Shown one piece after another: positions 1-10,368 of a DNA stretch of 64,000 nt. Both the position numbers and the translations under genes were made by a program. The notes under the pieces were generated by a model that searched no databases, was not told the origin of the DNA, and worked only from the letters and a program-made list of their open reading frames with translations. Location of the stretch: contig JAITQW010000001.1 in assembly GCA_031288715.1 (NCBI GenBank), positions 7,186-71,185 of the forward strand, given 5' to 3'. Position 1 is the first letter of the stretch; each line of letters begins with the position of its first letter. The DNA is from Lactobacillales bacterium (GTDB lineage Bacteria; Bacillota; Bacilli; Lactobacillales; Streptococcaceae).

Positions 1-2
1 TT

Positions 3-623
3 ATGGAATTGATGGATACTGTTGATGAATATATTCCAACTCCAGAACGTGATACTGATAAACCATTCTTGTTACCAGTCGAAGATGTATTCTCTATTAC
101 AGGTCGTGGAACGGTTGCTTCTGGGCGTATTGACCGTGGTAAAGTAAATACTGGAGATGAAGTGGAAATTGTTGGTATTGCTAATGAAATTACAAAAGCA
201 GTTGTGACAGGAATTGAAATGTTTCGTAAAACTTTGGATTACGGAGAAGCTGGAGATAATGTTGGAGTTCTTTTACGTGGTGTTCAACGTGATGAAATTC
301 AACGTGGTCAAGTGTTGGCTAAACCTGGTTCAATTACTCCTCATACCAAGTTTGTGGGAGAAGTGTATGTATTGTCCAAAGAAGAGGGTGGACGTCATAC
401 TCCATTCTTTACAAATTATCGTCCACAGTTCTACTTCCGTACAACTGACGTAACTGGAAATATTTTATTGCCTGCTGACGTCGAAATGGTTATGCCTGGT
501 GACAATGTAACGATCGATGTGGAATTGATCCACCCAATCGCTGTTGAGAAGGGAACGACATTCTCTATCCGTGAAGGTGGACGTACTGTTGGTTCTGGTA
601 TTGTTACTGAAATCAAAGCGTAA
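3..623 (+). CDS. tuf: Elongation factor Tu, C-terminal part (5' end lies upstream of window)
   Basis: Translation matches EF-Tu domains II-III ([37 protein letters not shown]). The ORF is open at the window start and stops with TAA at 621-623. Confidence 0.97.
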   Translation: MELMDTVDEYIPTPERDTDKPFLLPVEDVFSITGRGTVASGRIDRGKVNTGDEVEIVGIANEITKAVVTGIEMFRKTLDYGEAGDNVGVLLRGVQRDEIQRGQVLAKPGSITPHTKFVGEVYVLSKEEGGRHTPFFTNYRPQFYFRTTDVTGNILLPADVEMVMPGDNVTIDVELIHPIAVEKGTTFSIREGGRTVGSGIVTEIKA

Positions 624-786
624 GCTTGTTTTAGGATAGAAATAAAAATCATGAGAGAAGGCTGGAGGTTGTAAATTCAGTCTTTTCTTAAAAATTTTTT
701 TGAACAAAATTTTGTATATGAAATGTTCTGTACCTATAAAGCTGGATTTATGTGGAACTAAAAGGGGCAACTTTTTCTAAAAAAAA

Positions 787-830
787 TAAATATCCATTAA
801 CGAGGCTCAGCCTTAATGGATATATTTATT
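787..830. terminator. Bidirectional hairpin between tuf and the convergent membrane-protein gene
   Basis: 11-bp stem atatccattaa (790-800) / ttaatggatat (813-823), with A/T runs on both sides. Confidence 0.5.
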
Positions 831-844
831 AAATCTGACTAATT

Positions 845-1669
845 TTAGTATTCATTATTAGCTGATCTTTTTTCAAGCAATTCTTCATAAAAAGCAATCT
901 TTGTTAATTCAATGTATGGCATTGCATAGATGGACGATAATCCACAAGTAATTCCATTTAAAAAATACCAAAGGATAAATGTTAGATATAGCCAAAATAA
1001 TCTTCCATTTTGTCCTTTCATCAATTCTTTGCTAGCAGAGATTCCATAAGTGAAATCAGGGATTCCACCTGTTCTTTTCATTTCATCATAGGCAAGAAAG
1101 TAGGCGAGAGAATAATTTAAAGTTTTTACATAAGAGATAATGATTCCAAATAAGATGAATAGAGTACCTAAAAAAGTACCTCCGATGGAAGGATGCTTAG
1201 ACATAGTACTGAAAAAAATAGTTACTGTACCGACTGTTGTAGGAATAATTGCCCATAAAAGAATGAAGAGATACTTAGATACTGCTGTCATAATGATTGT
1301 AAATAAGTCAGGGTTGTTCAAGCGTTTAGTTATGTCTCCAATGGGAGATACTGTTGTTTCATTAGGGTTACGAAAGACAGTTAACAAACGCCAAATAATA
1401 GCAATGGTCATAAACCCTACTATTATAGGAATAACAAAACTAGTAAATTGAGTTAAATTAAAGTTGGAATTTAGAGTATTATCATATAAGCTAGTAACTA
1501 AAGAATTTTGTTTAAGTTGGATCAAAAGATCGTTATAATAATTTCTATGAATAAAATTTATAATTGCAGATATCACAACTGGAACGATCATCATCAAAAT
1601 AATATTTGCTTGTTGAGGAGCCATTGCTTTTTTAGCTTCGATTTTTAGTTGGGCTGTAGTTTTGTACAT
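845..1669 (-). CDS. Integral membrane protein, DUF975-like
   Basis: 274-aa ORF with multiple hydrophobic spans. The N-terminus MYKTTAQLKIEAKKAM is typical of the DUF975 family of Lactobacillales. Family assignment is from memory, not a search. Confidence 0.55.
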   Translation of the reverse strand: MYKTTAQLKIEAKKAMAPQQANIILMMIVPVVISAIINFIHRNYYNDLLIQLKQNSLVTSLYDNTLNSNFNLTQFTSFVIPIIVGFMTIAIIWRLLTVFRNPNETTVSPIGDITKRLNNPDLFTIIMTAVSKYLFILLWAIIPTTVGTVTIFFSTMSKHPSIGGTFLGTLFILFGIIISYVKTLNYSLAYFLAYDEMKRTGGIPDFTYGISASKELMKGQNGRLFWLYLTFILWYFLNGITCGLSSIYAMPYIELTKIAFYEELLEKRSANNEY

Positions 1670-1911
1670 AAAAATTTCTCCTTTATTGTTATTATATAAA
1701 TTTTATAAGCCACAATAGGAATAGTATAGCATTTTAGCTATAAAAAGGCTATTTTTAAACTTTTCTAAAAAGGAAATATGACAGTTGCTTATAAATATGT
1801 TCTGTTGCTGTTCAGTGAAAATGTCCCAAAAAATTTCAAACATAAGTTCTAAAATTTTTTTTGGCATTTTCAATAATCAACGACAGACAATGACAATAAA
1901 AATAAAATCTC

Positions 1912-1940
1912 TTGACAAGGTCGATAGATATTATTAAACT
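1912..1940 (+). promoter_or_regulatory. Sigma-A type promoter for the riboswitch/ABC operon
   Basis: TTGACA (1912-1917), 17-nt spacer, TAAACT (1935-1940). An alternative extended -10 TGaTAATAT lies at 1964-1972. Confidence 0.4.
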
Positions 1941-1984
1941 AAGGGGCATTAGCAATTAAATTTTGATAATATAATGGAATAAAA

Positions 1985-2142
1985 GATAGAGGTTGCAAGT
2001 TTTAAGACGTTTGTGGAGTGGGCGCACGAGGAAACAAACTTAGGAAAACTTGCCGAAATTTACAAATTCACGCTGGATTTGTATGTTGGGGCGATGGTTA
2101 ATAGCCATCGAACTGTCTTCGTTGAAACGGAGGGGTGCTATA
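1985..2142 (+). promoter_or_regulatory. Lysine riboswitch (L-box)
   Basis: The ordered conserved L-box blocks are present: AGATAGAGGTTGC, GAGGAA, TTGCCGAAA, CGCTGGA, AACTGTC, GGAGGGGTGCTAT. They closely parallel the B. subtilis lysC leader as I remember it. An intrinsic terminator follows. Confidence 0.75.
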
Positions 2143-2156
2143 AATAAAAATGGTGT

Positions 2157-2190
2157 AACCACCCTTCTTTTAAGAAGTGGTGGTTTTTGT
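2157..2190 (+). terminator. Riboswitch expression-platform terminator
   Basis: Stem aaccacccttc / gaagtggtgg(tt) followed by TTTTT, about 50 nt before the ABC start codon. Confidence 0.7.
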
Positions 2191-2243
2191 GTTTGTTGAT
2201 CGATTTTATTACAAAAAATTGTAGAATTATTTAAGGAGGAAAA

Positions 2244-3875
2244 ATGAAAAAAGAGATGGATAGATATAAATATAGTATTATTGCTTTATTATTTTTAGTA
2301 GTATCAATATCTTTGCTCAGTATACAGCATGTTCAAGCAGACGATAAGGTAATACGTGTAGGTATGGAAGCTGCGTATGCACCATTTAATTGGACACAAA
2401 AAAATCCGGACAATGGAGCAGTACCGATTGAGGGTACAAGTAGTCAATATGCAAATGGTTATGATGTGCAGGTAGCAAAGATGTTGGCGAAAAAACTAAA
2501 CAAAAAGGTTGTTATTGTAAAAACTGCTTGGAACGGGCTAGTTCCTGCTTTAATTTCAGGGAAGATCGATGCAATTATTGGCGGGATGAGTCCGACTGCT
2601 GAACGGATCAAAGAGATTGACTTCTCTAAAAGTTATTACGCTTCGAGTATTGTTGTTGTAGTGAATCGAGAAGGAAAATACGGAAAAGCAACGAAACTTT
2701 CTGATTTTAAAGAGGCAAAGATAACAGGGCAGCAAGGAACGATTCCGTATACACTTATTTCTCAAATTCCTGATGTTAATAAGCAGACTGCCATGGCAGA
2801 TTATCCACAAATGCGTCAGGCGGTTATTTCAGGTGTTGCTGATGGGTATGTTGCAGAGCGTCCAGAGGCATTAACAGCTGAGCAAGCGAATCATTCATTG
2901 AAGATGATTTCATTTAAGAAGGAAGAGGGATTTCAAACGAACACGGAGGAGATTAGTGTAGCTGTGGGAATGCGCAAAGGAGATGCAGATCTAGCAACTG
3001 TAAATGATGTTTTAGCAGATTGGACGATTCTTAAGCAAAGAAAACTCATGGAGAAAATGATCAAAACTCAACCTGTAACTGAAGACGATGGTAAGAATAA
3101 GTTTTTCTCACAAGTGTTTACAATTGTTAGAGAAAGTGGTTCACAATTTGCTCGTGGAGCAGGATTGACGTTGTTTATTGCGTTGGTTGGAACATTGATT
3201 GGTTTAGTGATCGGACTTGCCATTGGAGTATTTCGTACAAAGCCGAAATCAAGTAATAAATTCTTGTATTGTTTAGATAAAATTTTAAATGGATGTTTGT
3301 CGATTTATATTGAAGTTTTTCGTGGCACACCAATGATTGTTCAGGCGATGGTGATTTATTACGGAACGGCACAGGCGTTTAATTTAAATTTAGAGCGAAC
3401 TTTTGCAGCATTATTGATTGTTTCGATTAATACAGGGGCCTACATGTCCGAAATTGTTCGCGGAGGAATCTTTTCAGTTGATAAGGGGCAGTTTGAAGCT
3501 GCACAGGCGATCGGAATGACTCATGGGCAAACGATGACAAAGGTTGTATTGCCACAAGTTATTCGTAATATTTTGCCAGCTACTGGAAATGAGTTTGTGA
3601 TCAATATTAAAGATACTTCAGTATTAAATGTAATTTCTGTAGTAGAACTTTATTTTTCTGGAAATACTGTTGCGACTCAGAATTTTCAATATTTTCAGAC
3701 ATTTACAATTATTGCAGTAATTTATTTTGTGATGACCTTTGCTGTTACTCGTATTTTGCGATTGATTGAGAAGAAAATAGATGGACCGACGGACTATCTT
3801 CCATATGCGAACCAAATGCAAGTAGAAGATGCTGCAGGAGAACATTATAGTTTAGTGGGAGGAGTTAAGAAATGA
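2244..3875 (+). CDS. Amino-acid ABC transporter, fused substrate-binding protein + permease
   Basis: 543 aa. Signal/anchor, then a family-3 SBP region ([28 protein letters not shown]), then a His/Glu/Gln/Arg-type permease with an EAA-like loop ([21 protein letters not shown]). AGGAGG RBS. Confidence 0.9.
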   Translation: MKKEMDRYKYSIIALLFLVVSISLLSIQHVQADDKVIRVGMEAAYAPFNWTQKNPDNGAVPIEGTSSQYANGYDVQVAKMLAKKLNKKVVIVKTAWNGLVPALISGKIDAIIGGMSPTAERIKEIDFSKSYYASSIVVVVNREGKYGKATKLSDFKEAKITGQQGTIPYTLISQIPDVNKQTAMADYPQMRQAVISGVADGYVAERPEALTAEQANHSLKMISFKKEEGFQTNTEEISVAVGMRKGDADLATVNDVLADWTILKQRKLMEKMIKTQPVTEDDGKNKFFSQVFTIVRESGSQFARGAGLTLFIALVGTLIGLVIGLAIGVFRTKPKSSNKFLYCLDKILNGCLSIYIEVFRGTPMIVQAMVIYYGTAQAFNLNLERTFAALLIVSINTGAYMSEIVRGGIFSVDKGQFEAAQAIGMTHGQTMTKVVLPQVIRNILPATGNEFVINIKDTSVLNVISVVELYFSGNTVATQNFQYFQTFTIIAVIYFVMTFAVTRILRLIEKKIDGPTDYLPYANQMQVEDAAGEHYSLVGGVKK

Positions 3876-4603
3876 GTATTTTAGAGGTTCGACATCTTAA
3901 AAAGAAGTTTGGGCAAAATTTAGTTTTAAAGGATATCTCACTTGAGGTAGAAGTGGGAGAAGTAATTTCAATGATCGGATCTTCTGGTTCAGGGAAATCG
4001 ACTTTTCTGCGGTCGATTAATTTGCTAGAAAAGCCAACTAGTGGAGAGATTCTTTTTAAAGGAGAGAATGTTTTAGCTAAGGGATGTGATTTAACAAAAT
4101 ATCGCACTTATTTGGGAATGGTATTTCAGAATTTTAATTTGTTTGAAAATAAAAATGTCATTGGAAATGTAATGTTGGGACAGACGACAGTGTTGAAACG
4201 TAGGTCTGAGGTAGCTCGCAAAGAAGCAATAAAAAATTTAGAAAAAGTAGGGATGGAGCGTTTTTTGGAAGCTCAACCTAAGCAGCTTTCTGGAGGGCAA
4301 AAACAACGAGTTGCCATTGCGCGTGCATTGTCTATGAATCCAGATGTTTTGTTGTTTGATGAGCCGACTTCAGCGCTGGATCCTGAGATGGTTGGTGAGG
4401 TTCTAGCGACGATGAAAGATCTGGCTAAATCTGGGCTAACAATGATAGTTGTGACGCATGAAATGACGTTTGCTAGAGAAGTAAGTGATCGAGTGGTTTT
4501 CATGGATCAAGGTGTGATTGCCGAGCAAGGAGCACCTGAAGAAATTTTTGGTCAACCAAAGGAAAAACGTACACAGGAATTTTTAGAGCGATATCTGGCG
4601 TAA
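3872..4603 (+). CDS. Amino-acid ABC transporter ATP-binding protein
   Basis: Walker [10 protein letters not shown], signature LSGGQKQR, Walker [12 protein letters not shown]. 4-nt overlap with the upstream permease gene. Confidence 0.93.
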   Translation: MSILEVRHLKKKFGQNLVLKDISLEVEVGEVISMIGSSGSGKSTFLRSINLLEKPTSGEILFKGENVLAKGCDLTKYRTYLGMVFQNFNLFENKNVIGNVMLGQTTVLKRRSEVARKEAIKNLEKVGMERFLEAQPKQLSGGQKQRVAIARALSMNPDVLLFDEPTSALDPEMVGEVLATMKDLAKSGLTMIVVTHEMTFAREVSDRVVFMDQGVIAEQGAPEEIFGQPKEKRTQEFLERYLA

Positions 4604-4754
4604 TGGTTGGTCAATCTAATAAACATTTGTAAATACCCTTTTCCTTTTTGTTTTTTCAATAAAATTTCATTAAATTTTATACTTATTGATAAGATAATTT
4701 ATCTGCCAATGGACTTAAGTTTAAAAATTGAGTTTTTCACAGTTATAAAAATGA

Positions 4755-4801
4755 AAAAACAGTTACAATTGTTGATAAAACAAGAATTGTAACTGTTTTT
4801 T
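4755..4801 (+). terminator. Intrinsic terminator of the ABC operon
   Basis: 16-bp perfect stem aaaaacagttacaatt / aattgtaactgttttt, with the T-run as part of the 3' arm. Confidence 0.75.
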
Positions 4802-5007
4802 AGTTGTGAAACTAGGGAAACTCAGTTTATATTTTATTTGTAAACGCCGAATAGAGTGATGCCTACCAATTAAATTTTATGCTTTCTATAATACTCATTT
4901 GGTTGGTCAAAGCTCACTTACAATTTTCTTTAACTAGTTCAAACCAAGGCAAATAATCCTCAAATTTCTTCTCTCTATTAAGGTGTTAGCCTATTAGGCG
5001 CTTACTT

Positions 5008-5700
5008 TTATTTCACAATTTCCAAAAATTTTAATACTAGTTCAGCAGACTTTTTACCAGCTTCAATGATGAAATCATCAAAATTTTGAGTAGCTTTTTC
5101 ATCAGCAGTATCGCTGATTGCACGAACGACTAATACGCCGATATTAAATTGACGTCCTACTTGCGCAATCGCAGCTCCTTCCATTTCAATAGCCAGTGCA
5201 CCTGGGAAGCGCTGTTTAATATTTTGGATTTTATCCGTATCATTTACAAAAGAATCTCCTGTGAGAATGAGTCCAGTAGAAGTGGGTAGTTTTAGTTCAC
5301 TTACTGCTTTTTCCATTGAAGCCAAAAGATAGCGACTGGTTTCAAAATAAAGGGGTTGTTCAGGTAATTGCCCATATTTATAGCCGAATCCTGTGACATC
5401 AGCATCAAAATAGGCTGTTTGATTGGATAAGATAATGTCTCCGATTTTTAATCCTTTACCAATTCCACCAGCTGAACCTGTATTAATGATTGCTTCCACA
5501 TGAAATTCATGAATTAGGAGGGTTGTTGTGAGTGCGGATTGAACTTTACCAATCCCTGATTTTATTAAAATGATCTCATGATGTTCGATTGTTCCTTGGT
5601 GGAAGACGATATTTCCCCGTGTCCAACTTTGAAAATCTTGTAGTTTTTGTTTAATAGCTACTATTTCCTCTTCCATGGCACCGATAATTCCAATTTTCAT
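5008..5700 (-). CDS. mtnN: 5'-methylthioadenosine/S-adenosylhomocysteine nucleosidase
   Basis: 230 aa. MKIGIIGAMEEEI N-terminus, EMEGAAIAQV motif. Typical Pfs/MtnN. Confidence 0.92.
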   Translation of the reverse strand: MKIGIIGAMEEEIVAIKQKLQDFQSWTRGNIVFHQGTIEHHEIILIKSGIGKVQSALTTTLLIHEFHVEAIINTGSAGGIGKGLKIGDIILSNQTAYFDADVTGFGYKYGQLPEQPLYFETSRYLLASMEKAVSELKLPTSTGLILTGDSFVNDTDKIQNIKQRFPGALAIEMEGAAIAQVGRQFNIGVLVVRAISDTADEKATQNFDDFIIEAGKKSAELVLKFLEIVK

Positions 5701-5730
5701 TTATTTTTTCTTCCTTTCTCGTTTAAAAAA

Positions 5731-6033
5731 TTACAAAAAGAATGCGCACGCAAGAAGTCCGGCAAGAAGTAGAATAATGATAAGAATTGCTTTTGTTAAG
5801 AATGAACTTCGCTCATTGATCTTTTGTTTCTCTGTTATGCGACTTCTAGCAGCAGTTTTCAGTTCTTGTTTTCTTAGTTTCTTTTTCTCTTTCAGATAGA
5901 AGTTTTCTTGTTTTTGCCATTCTTTCTTTTCTTCTTTATGAATTTTTTTTTGAGTGACAGCTAAGCGCTGCTCTTCAATTTCTTTTAATCTTTGAATATC
6001 TTTTCTCGTTAATCTAGGCTCTTCATTGTCCAC
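5731..6033 (-). CDS. Hypothetical Lys/Glu-rich protein with C-terminal membrane anchor
   Basis: 100 aa. Charged, coiled-coil-like body and hydrophobic tail ILIIILLLAGLLACAFFL. Overlaps the upstream NUDIX gene by 11 nt, which suggests translational coupling. Confidence 0.5.
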   Translation of the reverse strand: MDNEEPRLTRKDIQRLKEIEEQRLAVTQKKIHKEEKKEWQKQENFYLKEKKKLRKQELKTAARSRITEKQKINERSSFLTKAILIIILLLAGLLACAFFL

Positions 6034-6601
6034 TAAGCTTTCCTCGCAATTTCTCTATTTCCCAGAACCATAGAGCTAGTTGTGTTTTTGCATCACAAAT
6101 TAGGCCTTTTTTTTCAGCTTGCTTAGCTTCTTCAAAGGTTAACTCATGCGTTACAATAATTTCACCTTCATCTTTTGGAAGGGGATTTTCAACCTTAACC
6201 AAATCTTTTGCCACATAAAAATATAATAGTTCACTACAGAATCCAGGGCTAGAGTAAGATTGGGTAAGTTTGTAAAATGTTTTTGCTTGGTAACCGGTTT
6301 CTTCTTCTAGTTCTCGTTTGGCAGCTTCTTCTGGAGTGTCCTCTTCTTCAATTTCCAATCTTCCTGCCGGAACTTCCAGAATCACTTTTTCAAGTGGTTT
6401 TCTAAATTGCTCCACAAGAACTATTTTTTCATCCGATGTGAAAGGGATAATGACTGCGCCACCAGAATGAAAAACTAATTCTCGTTTTGCAGTTCCTAGG
6501 TTATTCGGCAATTCAATATCATCTTCAACGACATGGATCACATGCCCCTTAAAGATTTCTCTGCGCCTAATCGTTTTTTCTTCAAAATCTTCGAACTTCA
6601 T
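6023..6601 (-). CDS. NUDIX hydrolase (ADP-ribose pyrophosphatase-like)
   Basis: Nudix box GRLEIEEEDTPEEAAKRELEEETGY. 192 aa. Confidence 0.85.
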   Translation of the reverse strand: MKFEDFEEKTIRRREIFKGHVIHVVEDDIELPNNLGTAKRELVFHSGGAVIIPFTSDEKIVLVEQFRKPLEKVILEVPAGRLEIEEEDTPEEAAKRELEEETGYQAKTFYKLTQSYSSPGFCSELLYFYVAKDLVKVENPLPKDEGEIIVTHELTFEEAKQAEKKGLICDAKTQLALWFWEIEKLRGKLSGQ

Positions 6602-6642
6602 TTTTTACTCTCCTTACTCTCATTATATTAACCGTGTAAAGT

Positions 6643-6984
6643 CTATTTTTGAATAATTTGAGCTAAAGACAATACGTGCTTAAGATTGGAAACAGTTTCA
6701 GCAGTAGTCAAACCCTTCGCCAATGGTCTGGCAATGACGATAAAATCTATATCTGAACGAATTTCTGAAGATAGTTCAAAGATCCCTTGACGAATTTTTC
6801 GTTTGATAGCGTTTCGTGTAACAGCGTTCCCGACTTTTTTACTGACGGAGATTCCTACCCGAAAATGAGATTGCTCTGGAGAAATGTATTTATAAATAAT
6901 AAAACGTTTATTAGCAAAGGATTTACCTGTCTTAAAGACGTTTTGGAACTCTTTTTCTTTTTTAACTCTGTAGGATTTTCGCAA
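6643..6984 (-). CDS. rnpA: Ribonuclease P protein component
   Basis: 113 aa, basic. KKEKEFQNVFKTGKS, FRVGISVSKKVGNAVTRNAIKRKIR (RNR-type motif). Characteristic of RnpA. Confidence 0.88.
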   Translation of the reverse strand: MRKSYRVKKEKEFQNVFKTGKSFANKRFIIYKYISPEQSHFRVGISVSKKVGNAVTRNAIKRKIRQGIFELSSEIRSDIDFIVIARPLAKGLTTAETVSNLKHVLSLAQIIQK

Positions 6985-7017
6985 ATAATCACCGCTTTGT
7001 TATTTTTTTCTTTTGAT

Positions 7018-7785
7018 TTACCACTTCAAATCAATATCTAACTCAACAGGGCAATGGTCGCTACCGAAGGTTTCTGTATGAATTTTTGCTTCTCGGATTT
7101 GTTGATTGAGATTATCGCTTGTTAGAAAGTAGTCAATGCGCCATCCGGAATTATTTTGGCGAGCATTGAAACGGTAGCTCCACCAAGAATAAATTCCGCT
7201 AACTTCAGGATAAAGGTAACGGAAGGTATCAGTGAATCCAGCGTTTAGAAGTTTTGTAAATTTACCACGCTCCTCTGGTGTGAATCCAGCATTTTTTTGA
7301 TTTGTCTTCCAATTTTTTAGATCAATATTTTGATGTGCAACATTTAAATCTCCACAAATAATCACAGATTTTTTGTGCTTTAGTTGGATCAAAAATTTTC
7401 GAAAATCATCTTCCCAATGTTGACGATAATCTAAACGTTGTAGTTTATTTTGAGAATTAGGGGTATAGCAATTAATAAAGTAAAAATTATCAAATTCTAA
7501 TGTCATTAAACGCCCTTCTTGATCGTGTTCTTCAATACCCATTCCAAGTTTTGCAGAAAGAGGTTCCTTTTTAGACCAAATGGTAGTTCCTGAGTAGCCC
7601 TTTTTTATGGCGTAATTCCAGTAATCGTGAAATCCTTCAAATTTGATGTCAATTTGTCCGTCTTGTAATTTCGATTCTTGTATGGCAAAAATGTCAGCAT
7701 CAAAATTTTGCATAATTTCTTTAAATCCTTTTTTTTCGATGGCACGTAGACCATTGACATTCCAGCTGATAAATTTTAACGTCAT
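7018..7785 (-). CDS. exoA: Exodeoxyribonuclease III
   Basis: MTLKFISWNVNGLRA, FAIQESK, GDLNVAH, SDHCPV motifs of the ExoIII/APE family. Start chosen at the ATG preceded by AGGAG (the ORF track extends to 7812). Confidence 0.9.
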   Translation of the reverse strand: MTLKFISWNVNGLRAIEKKGFKEIMQNFDADIFAIQESKLQDGQIDIKFEGFHDYWNYAIKKGYSGTTIWSKKEPLSAKLGMGIEEHDQEGRLMTLEFDNFYFINCYTPNSQNKLQRLDYRQHWEDDFRKFLIQLKHKKSVIICGDLNVAHQNIDLKNWKTNQKNAGFTPEERGKFTKLLNAGFTDTFRYLYPEVSGIYSWWSYRFNARQNNSGWRIDYFLTSDNLNQQIREAKIHTETFGSDHCPVELDIDLKW

Positions 7786-7934
7786 CTTATTTTCTCCTCT
7801 AATTTCAAGCATAACACGAATTTAATAAATAAGATTGTTGAGCTTTTATTTCACTTCTTCCATTTTATCAGTCTCTTCTTTTATTTGAAAGCCGTTCTGT
7901 ATATAATAAAATAACCTGGAGGGAAGAGTTAAAA

Positions 7935-8843
7935 ATGATAGATATTTTTGAGATAATAGAAGAGAAATTATCCGGAATAAAAATAGAAATGAGTGAGTCT
8001 CTCAAAAATTTTGCATTTGCGAAGGTAGGCGGAATTGCTGATGTTTTAGTTTTTCCGAAAACAATCGATGAGGTGAAGCGCGCGGTTATCTATGCGAATG
8101 ATCAAGATATTCCTTGGATTGTTTTGGGAAATGTTAGTAATGTGATTGTTCGCGATGGCGGAATTCGTGGGATGGTCATTATGTTATCTGAGATGAATTC
8201 GGTTCGTTTGGATGGCTATGTTTTGGAGGTGGAAGCAGGGAAGGATTTAATTGAGCTCTCTTATTTAGCGTTGACTGAGAGTTTAGCAGGCTTAGAGTTT
8301 GCTTGTGGGATTCCAGGATCAGTAGGTGGCGCTGTGTTTATGAATGCAGGAGCCTACGGAGGAGAAATTTCTCATGTATTTGCGAGTGCTCAAGTTTTGC
8401 TTCAGAATGGGGAAGTTGAAACGTGGAATAAGATGCAAATGAATTTTGGGTATCGTTATAGTGTGTTGCAGAATAGAAAAGCGATTATTTTAAGTGTAAA
8501 ATTTGAATTATCTCCGGGAGATTCTCAAGTGATTGAAGCTCAAATTAATAAGTTAACTCATCTTAGAGAGTTAAAACAACCGCTAGAATATCCTTCTTGC
8601 GGATCGGTGTTCAAACGTCCTGTCGGATTTTTTACGGGTCAGCTAATTCAAAATGCAAATCTTCAAGGGTTTCAAATTGGCGGTGCACAAATTTCACAAA
8701 AACATGCTGGATTTATTATTAATGTTGATTCAGCAACAGCGAAAGATTACGAAGAATTGATTTCTCATATAATTAAAGTTGTGAAAGAGAAATTTAATGT
8801 GGAGTTGCGCTCAGAAGTTCAAATTATCGGGGAATCGTTGTAG
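7935..8843 (+). CDS. murB: UDP-N-acetylenolpyruvoylglucosamine reductase
   Basis: 302 aa. FAD-binding and MurB C-terminal motifs (GGIADVLVFP, GIPGSVGGAVFMNAGAYG, PSCGSVFKRP). Confidence 0.93.
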   Translation: MIDIFEIIEEKLSGIKIEMSESLKNFAFAKVGGIADVLVFPKTIDEVKRAVIYANDQDIPWIVLGNVSNVIVRDGGIRGMVIMLSEMNSVRLDGYVLEVEAGKDLIELSYLALTESLAGLEFACGIPGSVGGAVFMNAGAYGGEISHVFASAQVLLQNGEVETWNKMQMNFGYRYSVLQNRKAIILSVKFELSPGDSQVIEAQINKLTHLRELKQPLEYPSCGSVFKRPVGFFTGQLIQNANLQGFQIGGAQISQKHAGFIINVDSATAKDYEELISHIIKVVKEKFNVELRSEVQIIGESL

Positions 8844-8890
8844 TGTAGAATAGTTTTGACAGAGTTAATTTGAGTTGTGCAAAACCATTA

Positions 8891-8937
8891 AAAAGACACT
8901 TAACGCTTTTTATTTTGAGGAGTGTTAAGTGTCTTTT
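8891..8937 (+). terminator. murB terminator
   Basis: 14-bp stem aaaagacacttaac / gttaagtgtctttt with a T tail. Confidence 0.75.
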
Positions 8938-8991
8938 TATATATGCGACTATTTTTATAAATAACAGACTTTTAAAATTTTTTTTATCTCA

Positions 8992-9300
8992 TTATGCAGA
9001 TTTCTTATAATTTTCTATTTGAATTCTTGAAATTCCTAAACTTTTTGAGAAAGGCAGAATATACTTAAGAGCATTGGAGTCGTGTTGATCAAATTCAATA
9101 ATGTTTGACTTTGTTTGATCGACTTCAATTTTTATTTTTGGTTTGTCATTTATGTAAAGAGAGACACTATCTACCGACCCTTTTTCAAGAGAAACTTTTA
9201 CAATATCAGTTTCAATTCTTCCCTCTAATTCCCTATGGTGCATGTATGTAGTGGTTACTAGTTGCATGATTCTATAATAAATTGTATTTTTTATTGACAT
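8992..9300 (-). CDS. Hypothetical protein
   Basis: ORF with a strong RBS (AAGGAGGAATAAAACA-ATG) at the internal Met (MSIKNTIYY...). I do not recognise any motif. Confidence 0.4.
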   Translation of the reverse strand: MSIKNTIYYRIMQLVTTTYMHHRELEGRIETDIVKVSLEKGSVDSVSLYINDKPKIKIEVDQTKSNIIEFDQHDSNALKYILPFSKSLGISRIQIENYKKSA

Positions 9301-9489
9301 TGTTTTATTCCTCCTTTTATATAGTGCTTTCTTTAATTTTACCACAAACTAATAATAATTTCATCATTATTTAATTAAAATATAATCAAATATTAAATGA
9401 TTATGCGTTACTTACCTATCAAATTTTTTGTTTCATCACTTCCAAAAACCATTATAATTAAAATAAAAGTTTTATTAGGAGATACGAAA

Positions 9490-10176
9490 ATGCGTAATGA
9501 GATGATGCATCGACCGATAGTTAAGAAAGAGCTAGTGAAGTATATGAGAGAAAAACAGAAATCATTGGATGGTGAACTGGGGAGGATTGAAGTAGAAGCA
9601 CAAAAAGATGATATACCTGTGATCCCACATGAGACGGTTGTTTTTTTGCAATTTTTACTTGGACAATTGCAGCCCAAAGAAGTTTTAGAATTAGGTACAG
9701 CTATTGGCTTTTCATCAAGTGTGATGGCACAATGCATTGGTGAAAATGGGCGAATTACGACAATTGAACGTTTTGATGTCATGATTAAAAGAGCCAAAAA
9801 AACGCACCAAAGACTTGATTTACAAAAACAAATTTGTTTATTAGAAGGTGAAGCAGAAATAATTTTGAAGGAACTTTCTAGTAAAACATATGATTTTGTT
9901 TTCATGGATTCAGCGAAATCCAAGTATATTGTTTTTTTGCCTGAAATTTTACGGGTGATGAAAAAAGGTGCAGTTTTGATGATGGATGATGTATTTCAAG
10001 CAGGAACGATTTTAGAGGATGATAGGGAAATTCCTCGAGGAAAGCGTGCGATTCATCGTGGGTTGAACCAATTGTTGGATACGGTATTACCTCATCCAGA
10101 TTTGACGTCTACTTTAGTTCCTTTAGGAGATGGTCTTTTATTGCTTACAAAAGAAAAAGATGATGTAAATATTTAA
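9490..10176 (+). CDS. SAM-dependent O-methyltransferase, family 3 (YrrM/TrmR-like)
   Basis: VLELGTAIGFSS (SAM motif I), FDFVFMDSAKSKY, typical of the caffeoyl-CoA OMT-like/YrrM family. Start at the ATG after the AGGAGA RBS. Confidence 0.8.
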   Translation: MRNEMMHRPIVKKELVKYMREKQKSLDGELGRIEVEAQKDDIPVIPHETVVFLQFLLGQLQPKEVLELGTAIGFSSSVMAQCIGENGRITTIERFDVMIKRAKKTHQRLDLQKQICLLEGEAEIILKELSSKTYDFVFMDSAKSKYIVFLPEILRVMKKGAVLMMDDVFQAGTILEDDREIPRGKRAIHRGLNQLLDTVLPHPDLTSTLVPLGDGLLLLTKEKDDVNI

Positions 10177-10368
10177 AATAAGATAAAAGAATCTAGGAAA
10201 TCTTGTGACAGAGTTAAAATAAATGTTAGAATTTAAAAGCTTATATTTATGAATGAAATTGTGCATGTAGTCGAATCATTTGAGAATATAAAGGGATTTT
10301 TCAAATAAATTCTTAGAGTGGGAGAGTTTAAGGTTTTATTATTATGAGGATATGAAAGAGGAAAGTAT

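Noticed and set aside
214-770. ORF-track entries 214-453 (+), 431-652 (-) and 465-770 (-) overlapping tuf.
   Set aside because: They are alternative-frame or antisense ORFs inside or abutting a highly conserved EF-Tu gene. They have no RBS and no recognisable motifs. They are typical spurious ORFs.
4607-4792. 61-aa ORF after the ABC ATPase gene.
   Set aside because: No Shine-Dalgarno and low-complexity Phe/Ile/Lys-rich translation. It runs through the 16-bp terminator hairpin at 4755-4800.
9408-9923. 171-aa antisense ORF opposite the O-methyltransferase gene. Similar long antisense ORFs lie within metH, pbp2B, aspS, mnmE, nadC and recN (for example 29675-29991, 36063-36398, 32513-33123, 55540-55862, 23009-23494).
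   Set aside because: All lie fully inside genes with strong family signatures on the other strand or frame. They have no RBS, and their translations are Cys/Ser/Phe-rich nonsense.
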